The notes under the pieces: generated by a model | What the model was told of the DNA's origin: nothing | The model's input: the letters and a program-made list of their open reading frames with translations, nothing else | Database searches by the model: none | Part shown: positions 9,480 to 18,339 of the stretch, one piece after another | Position numbering within the stretch: position 1 is the stretch's first letter | Layout of the letters: every line of letters begins with the position of its first letter | Position numbers and translations under genes: made by a program | Source: Spirochaetota bacterium | Lineage (GTDB): Bacteria; Spirochaetota; Spirochaetia; DSM-27196; PWMO01 | NCBI GenBank assembly: GCA_009908925.1 | Contig: JAAAOH010000370.1 | Span: 1 to 38,481 of the forward strand | DNA: 38,481 bases | Reading direction: 5' to 3'

Positions 9480-9523
9480 CTTGCATCGACAGATCGGGGG
9501 GAGCTGCTGCATAATACTGTGCC

Positions 9524-10906
9524 ATGGATAGACAGGCATACCGTTCAGAGCTCTCCGATTACTACGTGAGCAAGCACCCGAGTTCCCGCGAGCACTACGA
9601 GTGGGCAAGCGGGGTGCTGCTCGGCGGCGGCAGTCACAACCTGCGGCTCTTTCCACCGTTCCCTTTTTATCTCGCGGACGCACGAGGCGCCACCATCACG
9701 GACATCGACGGGAACACCTATGTCGATTTCTGGCAGGGGCATTTCGCGAACGTACTCGGGCACAACCCTCAGGTCGTGCTCGATATCATGCGGAAGGAGT
9801 TCGACGCAGACCGCGGTCTTATAAGCGGTTTCCCCACCCGCCAGCAGGCCGAGCTTGCCGAGCTGATCCGCGCCCGAGTGGATGCCGAGCGCGTGCGCTT
9901 CACCACCAGCGGAGCCCTGGCCACGATGAACGCGATCCTGCTCGCACGCGCCTACACCGGCCGGCGGATCGTCGTGAAGATCGCCGGTGGCTGGCACGGC
10001 GGGCAGCCGTTCGCGCTCAAGGGCATACACACCTATGAAGACGGGCTCGGGGCGATGGAGTCGGCGGGGCTGCCGGAGTGCTCGAACGCGGACGTCGTCG
10101 TCACGCGGTTCAACGACATCGAGGACCTGGAACGTGTGTTCGAGATGCACGGTTCTGAAATCGCCTGCTTCATCACCGAGCCCATGGTGGGCAGCGGTGG
10201 ATTGATATTCGCCGACCCCGCATACCTCCGGCGGGCGCAGGAGCTCACCAAAGAGCACGGCGCGCTCCTCATCCTCGATGAGGTTATTACGGGGTTCCGC
10301 CTCCACGCCGGTCCGCTGCAGGCCTTGTACCGGATCAAGCCCGACCTCACCGTATTCGGGAAGGCTATCGGCGGCGGCATGCCGGTGGCTGCCGTTGCCG
10401 GCCGCGAGGATGTGATGTCGCTCGCAGCCCCGGGGGCGCCCCACGACCAGGCAGTGAAGTTTGACGGGGGTACCTTCAGCGCCCATCCGGCCGCGATGAC
10501 CGCCGGAGTGGTATTTCTGCGCTACCTCATCGAGCACGAGGACGAAGTGTATCCCTACATCGGCCGTCTCGGTCGCATGGCGCGGGAAGGCATCGAGGAA
10601 CGGCTTCAGGCCTACGGAATCAACGCCCGCTGCGGCGGCGATGCGGACCCCGTAAGCGAGAATAGTTCTTTGGTCGCGGTGCACGTGCTGACCGATGGTA
10701 CCGCGTCGGTCAGTTCTCCCGATCAGGTTTACGACCCGGCGCGCAGCGACATGGAGCTGCGGGATGAGATCTTCAGGCTCGCGATGCTCAAGGAGGGCTT
10801 CCACGTCGTGCACGGCTACGGCGGGATCAGCTTCGCGCATACCGAGGAACAGATCCAGGAATCTCTCGACGCCTTCGAACGGATCGCCAGGCGGCTTGCG
10901 GAGTAA
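9524..10906 (+). CDS. Class-III PLP aminotransferase, glutamate-1-semialdehyde 2,1-aminomutase-like
   Basis: GGGSHNLR...PFYLADARGATITDIDGNTYVDFWQGHFANVLGH, ILDEVITGFRLHAGPLQALYRIKPDLTVFGKAIGGGMPVAAVAGR (lysine in FGKAIGGG) and FSAHPAAM match the HemL-like family layout. Confidence 0.85.
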   Translation: MDRQAYRSELSDYYVSKHPSSREHYEWASGVLLGGGSHNLRLFPPFPFYLADARGATITDIDGNTYVDFWQGHFANVLGHNPQVVLDIMRKEFDADRGLISGFPTRQQAELAELIRARVDAERVRFTTSGALATMNAILLARAYTGRRIVVKIAGGWHGGQPFALKGIHTYEDGLGAMESAGLPECSNADVVVTRFNDIEDLERVFEMHGSEIACFITEPMVGSGGLIFADPAYLRRAQELTKEHGALLILDEVITGFRLHAGPLQALYRIKPDLTVFGKAIGGGMPVAAVAGREDVMSLAAPGAPHDQAVKFDGGTFSAHPAAMTAGVVFLRYLIEHEDEVYPYIGRLGRMAREGIEERLQAYGINARCGGDADPVSENSSLVAVHVLTDGTASVSSPDQVYDPARSDMELRDEIFRLAMLKEGFHVVHGYGGISFAHTEEQIQESLDAFERIARRLAE

Positions 10907-10995
10907 ACCGCCCGGGAGACGTGCTTGGGGCAGCCCGGCTTCCCATTCTGGTCGGAGCTGCCGCCTCCTGATTATACTTTCCCGTGGAGGCGATC

Positions 10996-11703
10996 ATGAA
11001 GCACATGACGCTCATTCTCGTTCTTTTCGCTGGCGTGGCCGCGGCGGCGACCGGTCAGGATGACCGCGCCGGGGAGCGGCGCACGATGGTAGAACGTCAT
11101 ATCGCGGACGAGGACATCAGCGACCGGGCAGTCCTCGAGGCGATGCGTGCAGTGCCCAGGCACGAGTTCGTGCCGCGTGAGCACAGGGGGCGAGCGTACG
11201 CGAACCGGCCCCTTCCGATCGGGCACGGGCAGACGATCTCCCAGCCCTACGTCGTTGCCTACATGACCGACGTGCTCGAGCTCGAGAAGGATGACCGCGT
11301 GCTGGAGATCGGCACCGGCAGCGGCTATCAGGCTGCGGTACTCGCCGAGATCACCGACATGGTGTACACCATCGAGATCATCGAGGCGCTTGCTCGAACC
11401 GCCCGTCGCCGTCTCGAGCGGCTCGAGTACGACAACGTAGAGGTCAAACAGGGCGACGGCTACTTCGGCCGGCCCGAGCACGCACCATTCGACGCGATTA
11501 TCGTCACCGCTGCAGCCGGGCACATTCCCTCGCCGCTCGTCGAACAGCTCCGTCCCGGCGGCCGAATGGTAATCCCCGTGGGCCCCGTCTACGCGGTTCA
11601 GAATCTCATTCTCGTTACAAAGGATGATTCCGGCGAGGTCAGGACCGAGCAACTCCTGCCCGTGCGGTTCGTGCCGATGACCGGTCGCGCGCAGGAACGA
11701 TGA
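10996..11703 (+). CDS. pcm: Protein-L-isoaspartate O-methyltransferase with an N-terminal signal-peptide-like segment
   Basis: VPRHEFVP...AYANRPLPIGHGQTISQPYVVAYMTDVLEL...VLEIGTGSGYQAAVLA...FDAIIVTAAA...PLVEQLRPGGRMVIPVG is canonical Pcm. The N-terminus MKHMTLILVLFAGVAAAATGQDD is hydrophobic with an AxA-like cleavage site. The ATG at 10996 follows GGAGG. Confidence 0.85.
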   Translation: MKHMTLILVLFAGVAAAATGQDDRAGERRTMVERHIADEDISDRAVLEAMRAVPRHEFVPREHRGRAYANRPLPIGHGQTISQPYVVAYMTDVLELEKDDRVLEIGTGSGYQAAVLAEITDMVYTIEIIEALARTARRRLERLEYDNVEVKQGDGYFGRPEHAPFDAIIVTAAAGHIPSPLVEQLRPGGRMVIPVGPVYAVQNLILVTKDDSGEVRTEQLLPVRFVPMTGRAQER

Positions 11704-14219
11704 GCGCGCGGATCGCCCCGGCCGCCGGCGCGGTGTTTCTGGTCTCGGCGCTCGTGCTGGGGCTGCAGATCGCGTTCATCCGGGTGCTGTCCCTCGATAC
11801 CTACCATCACTTTACCTATCTGGTGATAAGTACGGCACTGCTCGGCTTCGGCGCAAGCGGTACCGTACTGAGCGTCGCGCGCCGATGGATCACCCGCCGC
11901 TTTGCCGGCGTGTCGGCTGCCATCCTCGTTCTCCTGGTCCTGAGCGCGGCGTATGCCTACCGCGTGGCGGTTGTCCTGCGGCCCGACATGCAGTACGTGC
12001 TCTATAGCTTTGCCGAAGTGATGAAGCTGTGGGCGCACACCCTGGTTTTGTTTCTGCCGTTCTTCTTCGGCGGCGCCTTCGTCGGTCTGGCCCTCTCAAC
12101 GTTTCACAGGCAGGTCGGCGCGATCTACGCTGCCAATATGATCGGCAGCGGACTCGGTGGCGTCGGCGGCGTGCTCCTCGCCTTCCTCGTCGTGCCATAC
12201 CGGATGCCGGCGGTCATCTCGGCCCTGGGCGTCGCGGCACTGGTCTTGTGGGTTTTCGCGTGGCCCGAGTACCACCGCGGCCGGGGGAGGATCATCGCCG
12301 GCGCCGCGCTTGCGGCGACCACGGTTGCCGCTGTCGCCGGACTGCTGCTCCCGGTCGAGTCGTCGGTTGATCAGTACAAGCCCATGGCTCACGCGCAGCG
12401 CCTCGCACGGCAGGGCGACGCCCGCTACGTCGACGGTACGTTCGGGCCACGCGCCCGGATCGACGTGTTCGACGTGCCGTCCATGCATCACACGCTCTTT
12501 GCCGCGCCCACGGCGCCCTCGCCCCCGCCGCAGCTCTCCCTGTTTCTCGACGGCGCTCACGCAGGCGGCGTGTTCCTTACGGGGGAGGCGACGGAGGCGG
12601 AGGTTGTGCGCCACACCGCGCAGTCCCTCGCGTACCGACAGGTCGAGCGGCCCCGCGTTCTGCTGCTCGGTGAGCAGACGGGGGTGAACGTGTGGCTTGC
12701 GCTCGCTCACGGTGCGCGGGAGGTGGTGGTGGTACAGCCCAATCCTCAGATCAGACGCGTGCTGGCCGACACCGACGGCGGTGCCGTGTTCCGGCACCCG
12801 GCTGTGGAAGTGGTGCACACCGAGCCGCGGCACTTTCTCGCGGCGGACGGAGGCGCGACGGCTTACGCGGGGGCGGACGGAGGCGCGGGCCGGGGCGCGG
12901 GCGGCGGTTCCGACAACGGCGCGTTCGACATCATCCATCTGGCGGAAGCGGAGGGGATGCCCGCCGGGTCGGGCGGGCTTGCCTCGATGCGGGAGGATTA
13001 CCTGTTGACCGTGGCGGCTGTGCGGGCGGCGGTGGACCGTCTGAGCCCGGAGGGACTGCTCACCGTGACCCGCGGCATGCAGACCCCGCCGCGTGACAAC
13101 GTGCGGCTGTTTTCGCTTCTCGCGGAGGCTCTGCGGGGCCCCGGCGGCCACGATCCCGCCTCCCGACTGCTGCAGGCGCGGAACTACCTCGCGGTCACCA
13201 CCATCGCTGCGGCACGCCCGCTCGAACCGGAGCGTGTTGCCGCGTTCCGCGAGGCCGCGGCAGAGCTCTCGATGGACGCCGACTACCATCCGGGGATATC
13301 ACCCGCCGACCTCACCAACAGAAACCGCGTGCCGGGGCCTGAAGACTCCGCCGGCTCCTACTACTATCATGCCGCGCAGCGGATACTCGGCGGTCAGGCG
13401 GAGCGCGAGAGGTTCTACGCGGACTGGGTCTACAACGTTCGACCTCCCACAGACGACAGTCCCTACTTCCACAGCTTCTTTCGCTGGGGCTCGCTCGACA
13501 CCTACATCGAGAGTTACGGCCGCTCCTGGTTTCAGCGCCTCGAGCTCGGCTATGCGGTGGTATTCGTCACCTTCCTGCAGGTGCTGCTTGCCGCCCTCGT
13601 CCTCGTGCTGGCACCCGTCCTCGTGGTGCGTCGCCGCGGCGGGACCGCAGGCGGGCGGGTCGGGTGGACGCTGCTGCACTTCACCGCCATCGGCCTCGGC
13701 TTTCTCTTTGTGGAGATGCTCCACATCCAGCGCTTTACTCGATTTCTCGGCGATCCCATATACGCGACCGCCGCCGTGCTGACCGCCATCCTCGTGTTCA
13801 GCGGCACGGGTAGCTATCTGCAGGGGCGGCTCAGGATGCCGCCGGGTCGTCGCATCCGGCTCGGCGGACTCGCTGTCGCGGTCCTTGCTCTCGTCTATTA
13901 TCTCGGACTCGATCCCGTGCTGGGCCTTGCAGTCGATGCGAACGAACCGCTGCGGTTCGTGATAAGCCTGGTGTTGCTGTTCCCGATTTCGTTCGCTCTG
14001 GGGTGGCTCATGCCGGCGGGGCTCGAGATAGCGGGAAACCGCTCCGAAGACCTCATACCGCTTGCGTGGGCGGTAAACGGGGTGGCCTCGGTAGCCGCCA
14101 CCCCGCTTTCGGTGATGATCGCGACAGGCGGGGGGTTTCTGGCGGTGAGTCTGATTGCTGGAGCCTGCTACCTGCTGGTCGCTGTCGCTGCTCCGCGAAC
14201 GCGCCACTCGGCGCTTTGA
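11700..14219 (+). CDS. Polytopic membrane protein with a central spermidine-synthase-like (SAM-MTase fold) domain
   Basis: About 7 N-terminal and about 5 C-terminal hydrophobic helices flank a soluble domain: VLLLGEQTGVNVWLALAHGAREVVVVQPNP...FDIIHLAE...SPEGLLTV. This resembles fused membrane/spermidine-synthase proteins. The ATG overlaps the pcm stop (ATGA). Confidence 0.7.
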   Translation: MSARIAPAAGAVFLVSALVLGLQIAFIRVLSLDTYHHFTYLVISTALLGFGASGTVLSVARRWITRRFAGVSAAILVLLVLSAAYAYRVAVVLRPDMQYVLYSFAEVMKLWAHTLVLFLPFFFGGAFVGLALSTFHRQVGAIYAANMIGSGLGGVGGVLLAFLVVPYRMPAVISALGVAALVLWVFAWPEYHRGRGRIIAGAALAATTVAAVAGLLLPVESSVDQYKPMAHAQRLARQGDARYVDGTFGPRARIDVFDVPSMHHTLFAAPTAPSPPPQLSLFLDGAHAGGVFLTGEATEAEVVRHTAQSLAYRQVERPRVLLLGEQTGVNVWLALAHGAREVVVVQPNPQIRRVLADTDGGAVFRHPAVEVVHTEPRHFLAADGGATAYAGADGGAGRGAGGGSDNGAFDIIHLAEAEGMPAGSGGLASMREDYLLTVAAVRAAVDRLSPEGLLTVTRGMQTPPRDNVRLFSLLAEALRGPGGHDPASRLLQARNYLAVTTIAAARPLEPERVAAFREAAAELSMDADYHPGISPADLTNRNRVPGPEDSAGSYYYHAAQRILGGQAERERFYADWVYNVRPPTDDSPYFHSFFRWGSLDTYIESYGRSWFQRLELGYAVVFVTFLQVLLAALVLVLAPVLVVRRRGGTAGGRVGWTLLHFTAIGLGFLFVEMLHIQRFTRFLGDPIYATAAVLTAILVFSGTGSYLQGRLRMPPGRRIRLGGLAVAVLALVYYLGLDPVLGLAVDANEPLRFVISLVLLFPISFALGWLMPAGLEIAGNRSEDLIPLAWAVNGVASVAATPLSVMIATGGGFLAVSLIAGACYLLVAVAAPRTRHSAL
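12842..12887 (+). repeat. In-frame 30-nt duplication inside the membrane SpeE-like gene
   Basis: GGCGGACGGAGGCGCG occurs at 12842-12857 and again at 12872-12887, exactly 30 nt apart. It encodes ADGGATAYAG/ADGGAGRGAG. Confidence 0.7.
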
Positions 14220-14226
14220 TTTTTGG
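14201..14226 (+). terminator. Weak intrinsic-terminator-like hairpin plus T-tract overlapping the stop codon
   Basis: GCGCC (14201-14205), loop ACTC, GGCGC (14210-14214), then TTTGATTTTTGG. The stem is short (5 bp), so this may only attenuate. Confidence 0.3.
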
Positions 14227-14252
14227 CCGATTTCATGGGATCATAGACGGCT

Positions 14253-16502
14253 ATGGATACGGTACATCTGCTTCCCGGCGGCGCCATGGGTCGCGAGTTC
14301 GTGCCGCCGGAGTTCGTCCCCGACGGTACGGATGAGTACTACCTTCGAAACCGGCAGCTCGGACGCGAGCTCGGGCGTCCGCTCGAGGACTTCCGTCATC
14401 TGCGTGCAGCCGAGATAGAGCTCCTGGTCAAGAACGGGAACGTGGCGGACGACTGGGACGACGTGCTCGTCACCGACGAGTTCGATCCGTCCCGCATCCT
14501 CAATTCCTCGTTCCACGGACTGGTTCGCATCGGCGCGGTTTCACGGGCCGCCCTCGAACACCACGACCTGCAGCTTCAGGTGGGTATCGCGAACAGCACG
14601 ATCTCTTCGTGTGATATCGGGGACCATGTTGCCATTCACAACGTGCGCTACCTTGCACATTACATCGTGGGCAATCGATGCATCATCACCAACATCGATG
14701 AGATGCACACCACGAACCACGCCAAGTTCGGGAACGGCATCCTGAAAGACGGCGAGACCGACGACGTGCTCATCACCCTCGACGTGATAAATGAGACCGG
14801 CAGTCGTGCCGTTCAGCCCTTCGACGGGATGATCCCGGCGGATGCCTACCTGTGGTCCCGCTACCGCGACGACGAGGCACTGCAGAGACAGCTCGCCGAA
14901 ATGACGCAGAACCGGTACGACTCCCGGCGCGGCTACTACGGGACCGTCGGCGAGCAGAGCGTCGTCAAGAACTCACGCATCATCAAGGATGTGAAGATTG
15001 GCTCCCACTGCTACATAAAGGGCGCCAACAAGCTGAAGAATCTCACCATCAATTCCAACAGCGATGAGCCGACCCAGATCGGTGAGGGCGTGGAGCTCGT
15101 AAACGGCATCATCGGCTACGGCTGTCGCATCTTCTACGGCTGCAAGGCCGTACGCTTCATCATGGGAAACAACTCCTCTCTCAAGTACGGCGCGAGGCTC
15201 ATCCACTCCTTCATGGGTGATAATTCCACGGTCTCCTGCTGTGAACTGCTGAACAATCTCATGTTCCCGGCGCACGAGCAGCACCACAACAACTCCTTTC
15301 TCATCGCCTCGGTGGTGATGGGGCAGAGCAATATCGCGGCCGGTGCCACGATCGGCTCCAACCACAACAGCCGCGCGAACGACAACGAGATCCAGGCCGG
15401 TCGGGGCTTCTGGCCCGGGTTATGCACGAGTCTCAAGCACTCATCGCGCTTTGCCTCCTTCGTTCTGCTCGCCAAGGGGCACTATCCCGCCGAGCTCGAC
15501 ATCCCGTTTCCCTTTTCGCTTCTGAGCAACAACACCTCACAGAACCGGCTCGAGGTGATGCCCGCGTTCTTCTGGACGCGCAATATGTACGCCCTCGCGC
15601 GGAACAGCTGGAAGTTCGGTGCCCGCGATACGAGAAAGCAGAAGACGCAGAATATCGAGTTCGACGCCCTTGCGCCGGACACAATCGAAGAGATCATCGC
15701 CGCGCGCGAGCTCCTGGCGATATGGACCGCGCAGGCGAAGGACGGCGAAGGCGCGGGCGGCGGAGACAGCGGGGGCGCCGCCAACGCGGGCGGAGCCGGG
15801 AACGCCGCCGACGCGGGCGCGCGTGCCGCGCGGGGACACGAGCTCCTCTCTTCGGACAGCCGCGAAACCGAGGGGCTTCTCGTTCGCGGAGAGCACATGG
15901 AGAAATCCCGCCGTGAGACCATCATCCTGAAACCGCGGGAGGGATACCTGGCCTACGGGGAGATGCTGCACTTCTACGCGGCAGTGAACCTTCTGGCCTA
16001 CCTCGAGGCTGGCGACGGACGCAGCTACGAGGCGATGTGTGACGCCCTTGCCGGAGAGCGGGTGCGGAGCTGGGTGAATCTCGGTGGTCAACTGGTGTCC
16101 GAGGCGGATGTGGATGAGCTGCGTGCGGATATCGGTGCCGGGCGACTCGACTCCTGGGAGGCGGTGCACGCGCGCTACGACGAGCTCTGGCAGCGCTATC
16201 CGCAGGAGAAGCAGCGCCACGCCTTTGCGGTTTTCGTTCTGCTACACGGGGGACGGATTCCCGCACGAGATGAGTGGTCCCGTTTCCTCGACCGTGCCAC
16301 GGAGATACAGGAGCTCAGGCGCGACCGGGTCTACGAGAGCAGGCAGAAGGATTACGAGAATCCCTTCCGCCGCGCCACGTATCGAAACGATGCAGAGATG
16401 GTCGCGGCGATCGGCAGCATCGAGGACAACCGGTTCGTGCAGCGGATTCGCGAGGAGACCGAGGCGTTTCGCCGCCGCGTCGAGGCCGTGCAGGCGCGGT
16501 AG
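14253..16502 (+). CDS. DUF4954-like protein (predicted left-handed beta-helix/hexapeptide-repeat core) with a Gly/Ala-rich insertion
   Basis: N-terminus LRAAEIELLVKNGNVADDWDDVLVTDEFDPSRILNSSFHGLVRIG and the central imperfect hexapeptide-like repeats (IGSHCYIKGA..., IGEGVELVNGIIGYGCRIFYG...) recall the DUF4954 family from memory. Either ATG, 14253 or 14286, could be the start. Confidence 0.55.
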   Translation: MDTVHLLPGGAMGREFVPPEFVPDGTDEYYLRNRQLGRELGRPLEDFRHLRAAEIELLVKNGNVADDWDDVLVTDEFDPSRILNSSFHGLVRIGAVSRAALEHHDLQLQVGIANSTISSCDIGDHVAIHNVRYLAHYIVGNRCIITNIDEMHTTNHAKFGNGILKDGETDDVLITLDVINETGSRAVQPFDGMIPADAYLWSRYRDDEALQRQLAEMTQNRYDSRRGYYGTVGEQSVVKNSRIIKDVKIGSHCYIKGANKLKNLTINSNSDEPTQIGEGVELVNGIIGYGCRIFYGCKAVRFIMGNNSSLKYGARLIHSFMGDNSTVSCCELLNNLMFPAHEQHHNNSFLIASVVMGQSNIAAGATIGSNHNSRANDNEIQAGRGFWPGLCTSLKHSSRFASFVLLAKGHYPAELDIPFPFSLLSNNTSQNRLEVMPAFFWTRNMYALARNSWKFGARDTRKQKTQNIEFDALAPDTIEEIIAARELLAIWTAQAKDGEGAGGGDSGGAANAGGAGNAADAGARAARGHELLSSDSRETEGLLVRGEHMEKSRRETIILKPREGYLAYGEMLHFYAAVNLLAYLEAGDGRSYEAMCDALAGERVRSWVNLGGQLVSEADVDELRADIGAGRLDSWEAVHARYDELWQRYPQEKQRHAFAVFVLLHGGRIPARDEWSRFLDRATEIQELRRDRVYESRQKDYENPFRRATYRNDAEMVAAIGSIEDNRFVQRIREETEAFRRRVEAVQAR

Positions 16503-16586
16503 CCGGTATCTGCACGCCGGAAGCCGGGACCACGGGCAGCGGCGCGGCGGATGCGGGCACCACAGGCGCCCGCACGACCGTCTCGA

Positions 16587-18167
16587 TCAGGCTCCGATAG
16601 AGCTCAGGCCGGCCTCGAACTGCTCGGCGGTGATCTCTCGGCCCGCGTCGAGCAGAAGCCCGTAACGCACCGCCGTCTTTCCTTTGCCGATCGTACCGAC
16701 CGCCTTCAGGATACCGTTCTCGAAGTACCCGGCGAGGAACTTTCCCGCAGCGACGTCACCCTTGTATCGGATTTCTTCGTAGCGCGGGGCGTAGCCGATG
16801 TAGCCGAAGGACGTCTCGAACTGCCGCGTCCAGAAAAACGGCGCAAACTCGAGGGGCTCCCGTGTGCCCATGATGGACCGGGCGACCTGCCGGCCGTGGC
16901 GCTGGGCAACCACCCAGTGCTCGACCCGTTTGGCTTCGCCGGTGCTGTTGCCGGCGCCGCTGTCGCTGCCGCCGCCCACTCGTGCAATGTCGCCGACGGC
17001 GTAGACACCGGGGCTGCCGGTCTGCATGAAGCCGTCCACGGGGACCGCTCCGTCCTCGAGAAGGCCGGAACCCTCGAGATAGTCCACGACGGGCTCCGCG
17101 CCCACGCCGATCACGACGAGATCCGCCGGGAGGACCGTCCCGTTGGCGAGCTCGACACTCTCCACGCGCTTCGAGCCGCGAATCCGCGAAACGCCCGTGC
17201 CGAGCTCGAATGCGACGCCCTGGTCGCGGTGCATGGACTCAAACCGTGCTCCCACTTCAGGGCCGAACGCCTTCTCGAAGGGCACCGATTCCGGCGCGGT
17301 AACCGTCACGTCGAGGCCGCGGCCCCGGAGGTAGGCGGCAGCCTCCGTGCCGATGAAGCTTGCTCCGATGACGACGACGTTCTGCGCCTCGGCGGCGTCT
17401 GCCCGGATGGCCGCGGCGTCACCCACGCTGCGCAGCATGTGCACACCGCCGAGATCCACGCCGGGCACCGGAAGTGCCTTCGCGCGGGAGCCGGTTGCAA
17501 GCACGACGGCGTCGGCGGTAAGCTCCGAGCCGTCGTCGAGCGTGACGCGTTTCGCCCCGGCGTCAACCGCGGTGGCCCGACGCCCGGTCCACAGCTCGAT
17601 TTCCATTTTCTCGTAAAATGAGGCGGGCCGCAGCGCGATGTCCTCCGGGCCCATGTCGCTTGCGAGGTAGAACTTCGAGAGGAGCGGGCGGTCATATGGG
17701 CCCTGCTCCTCAGGTGTGACCATGACGATTCTGCCGGCAAAGCCTTCGCGGCGCAGCTGTTCCGCCGCCATGCCGCCGGCTGCTCCGCCGCCGATGATTG
17801 CCACCGTTCGCTTATCATGTCCCTGCGGCTTCTTGAAGGTTGCTTCGTGTCGCCCGCCGACGTACACGCGGCCGTCCTCCTCGCGCACGTCGTAGCGGGC
17901 CAGGTCATCGAGTGCGGGGGGCGACATCATAGCGCCGGTGGTCGCATCGAATCGTGCATTGTGACAGGGGCAGATCAGCACGCCGTCTGCAAGATGCCCG
18001 AACGACAGCGGGCATCCGACGTGCGTACAGGAATCCTCCCAGGCATGAAGCTCCGTTCCCTGTCGAACGAGGAGCACGCTCTCCTCTTCCGAGAGCTCTA
18101 CCGACGTGAACGCGCCGGACTCGATATCATCGGTTTTCGCTACTTCTTTCCATTCATTGTCCGCCAT
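16587..18167 (-). CDS. Rieske [2Fe-2S] domain fused to an FAD/NAD(P)-dependent pyridine-nucleotide-disulfide oxidoreductase (AIF/ferredoxin-reductase-like)
   Basis: CTHVGCPLSFG...ICPCHNARF is a Rieske motif. VAIIGGGAAGGMAAEQLR and VVVIGASFIGTEAAAYL are two dinucleotide-binding GxGxxG motifs, and VYAVGDIA is also present. I prefer the ATG at 18167 (MADNEWKEV, GGAGG upstream) to the TTG at 18191. Confidence 0.8.
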   Translation of the reverse strand: MADNEWKEVAKTDDIESGAFTSVELSEEESVLLVRQGTELHAWEDSCTHVGCPLSFGHLADGVLICPCHNARFDATTGAMMSPPALDDLARYDVREEDGRVYVGGRHEATFKKPQGHDKRTVAIIGGGAAGGMAAEQLRREGFAGRIVMVTPEEQGPYDRPLLSKFYLASDMGPEDIALRPASFYEKMEIELWTGRRATAVDAGAKRVTLDDGSELTADAVVLATGSRAKALPVPGVDLGGVHMLRSVGDAAAIRADAAEAQNVVVIGASFIGTEAAAYLRGRGLDVTVTAPESVPFEKAFGPEVGARFESMHRDQGVAFELGTGVSRIRGSKRVESVELANGTVLPADLVVIGVGAEPVVDYLEGSGLLEDGAVPVDGFMQTGSPGVYAVGDIARVGGGSDSGAGNSTGEAKRVEHWVVAQRHGRQVARSIMGTREPLEFAPFFWTRQFETSFGYIGYAPRYEEIRYKGDVAAGKFLAGYFENGILKAVGTIGKGKTAVRYGLLLDAGREITAEQFEAGLSSIGA

Positions 18168-18339
18168 TGCTTTCGTACCTCCGTCCCCCAAAGCTACGGA
18201 CGGCCCGGCCGGGAGGGCAAGGGGGATGAGGTATATGGAACCGTGTTGGTGCGGACGCCGCCGCGGCGTGCCGCCGGGGGTGCCACGGTAGATGCCGCCG
18301 AGGCGGCTGCGTTATTACCTTCTTCGTGGGGGAGGTACC

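Noticed and set aside
9545-10840. 431-aa minus-strand ORF
   Set aside because: It is antisense to the HemL-like aminotransferase, which has clear PLP-enzyme motifs. It has no motifs of its own.
12096-13289. 397-aa minus-strand ORF, plus several 100-300-aa ORFs in 11598-14207
   Set aside because: They are antisense or out of frame relative to the polytopic SpeE-like gene. Their composition is dominated by Arg/Gly/Pro. They are shadow ORFs.
12842-15840. Short GC-rich repeats considered as a CRISPR-like or REP array
   Set aside because: They are in frame inside coding sequences and are not regularly spaced with unique spacers. They encode low-complexity Gly/Ala/Asp tracts.
16552-16574. Hairpin TGCGGGC-N9-GCCCGCA between the DUF4954-like and Rieske-FAD genes, considered as a terminator
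   Set aside because: It has no adjacent T-tract on either strand and a 9-nt loop. This is not enough to call an intrinsic terminator.
16551-17621. 356-aa plus-strand ORF
   Set aside because: It is antisense to the Rieske-FAD oxidoreductase.
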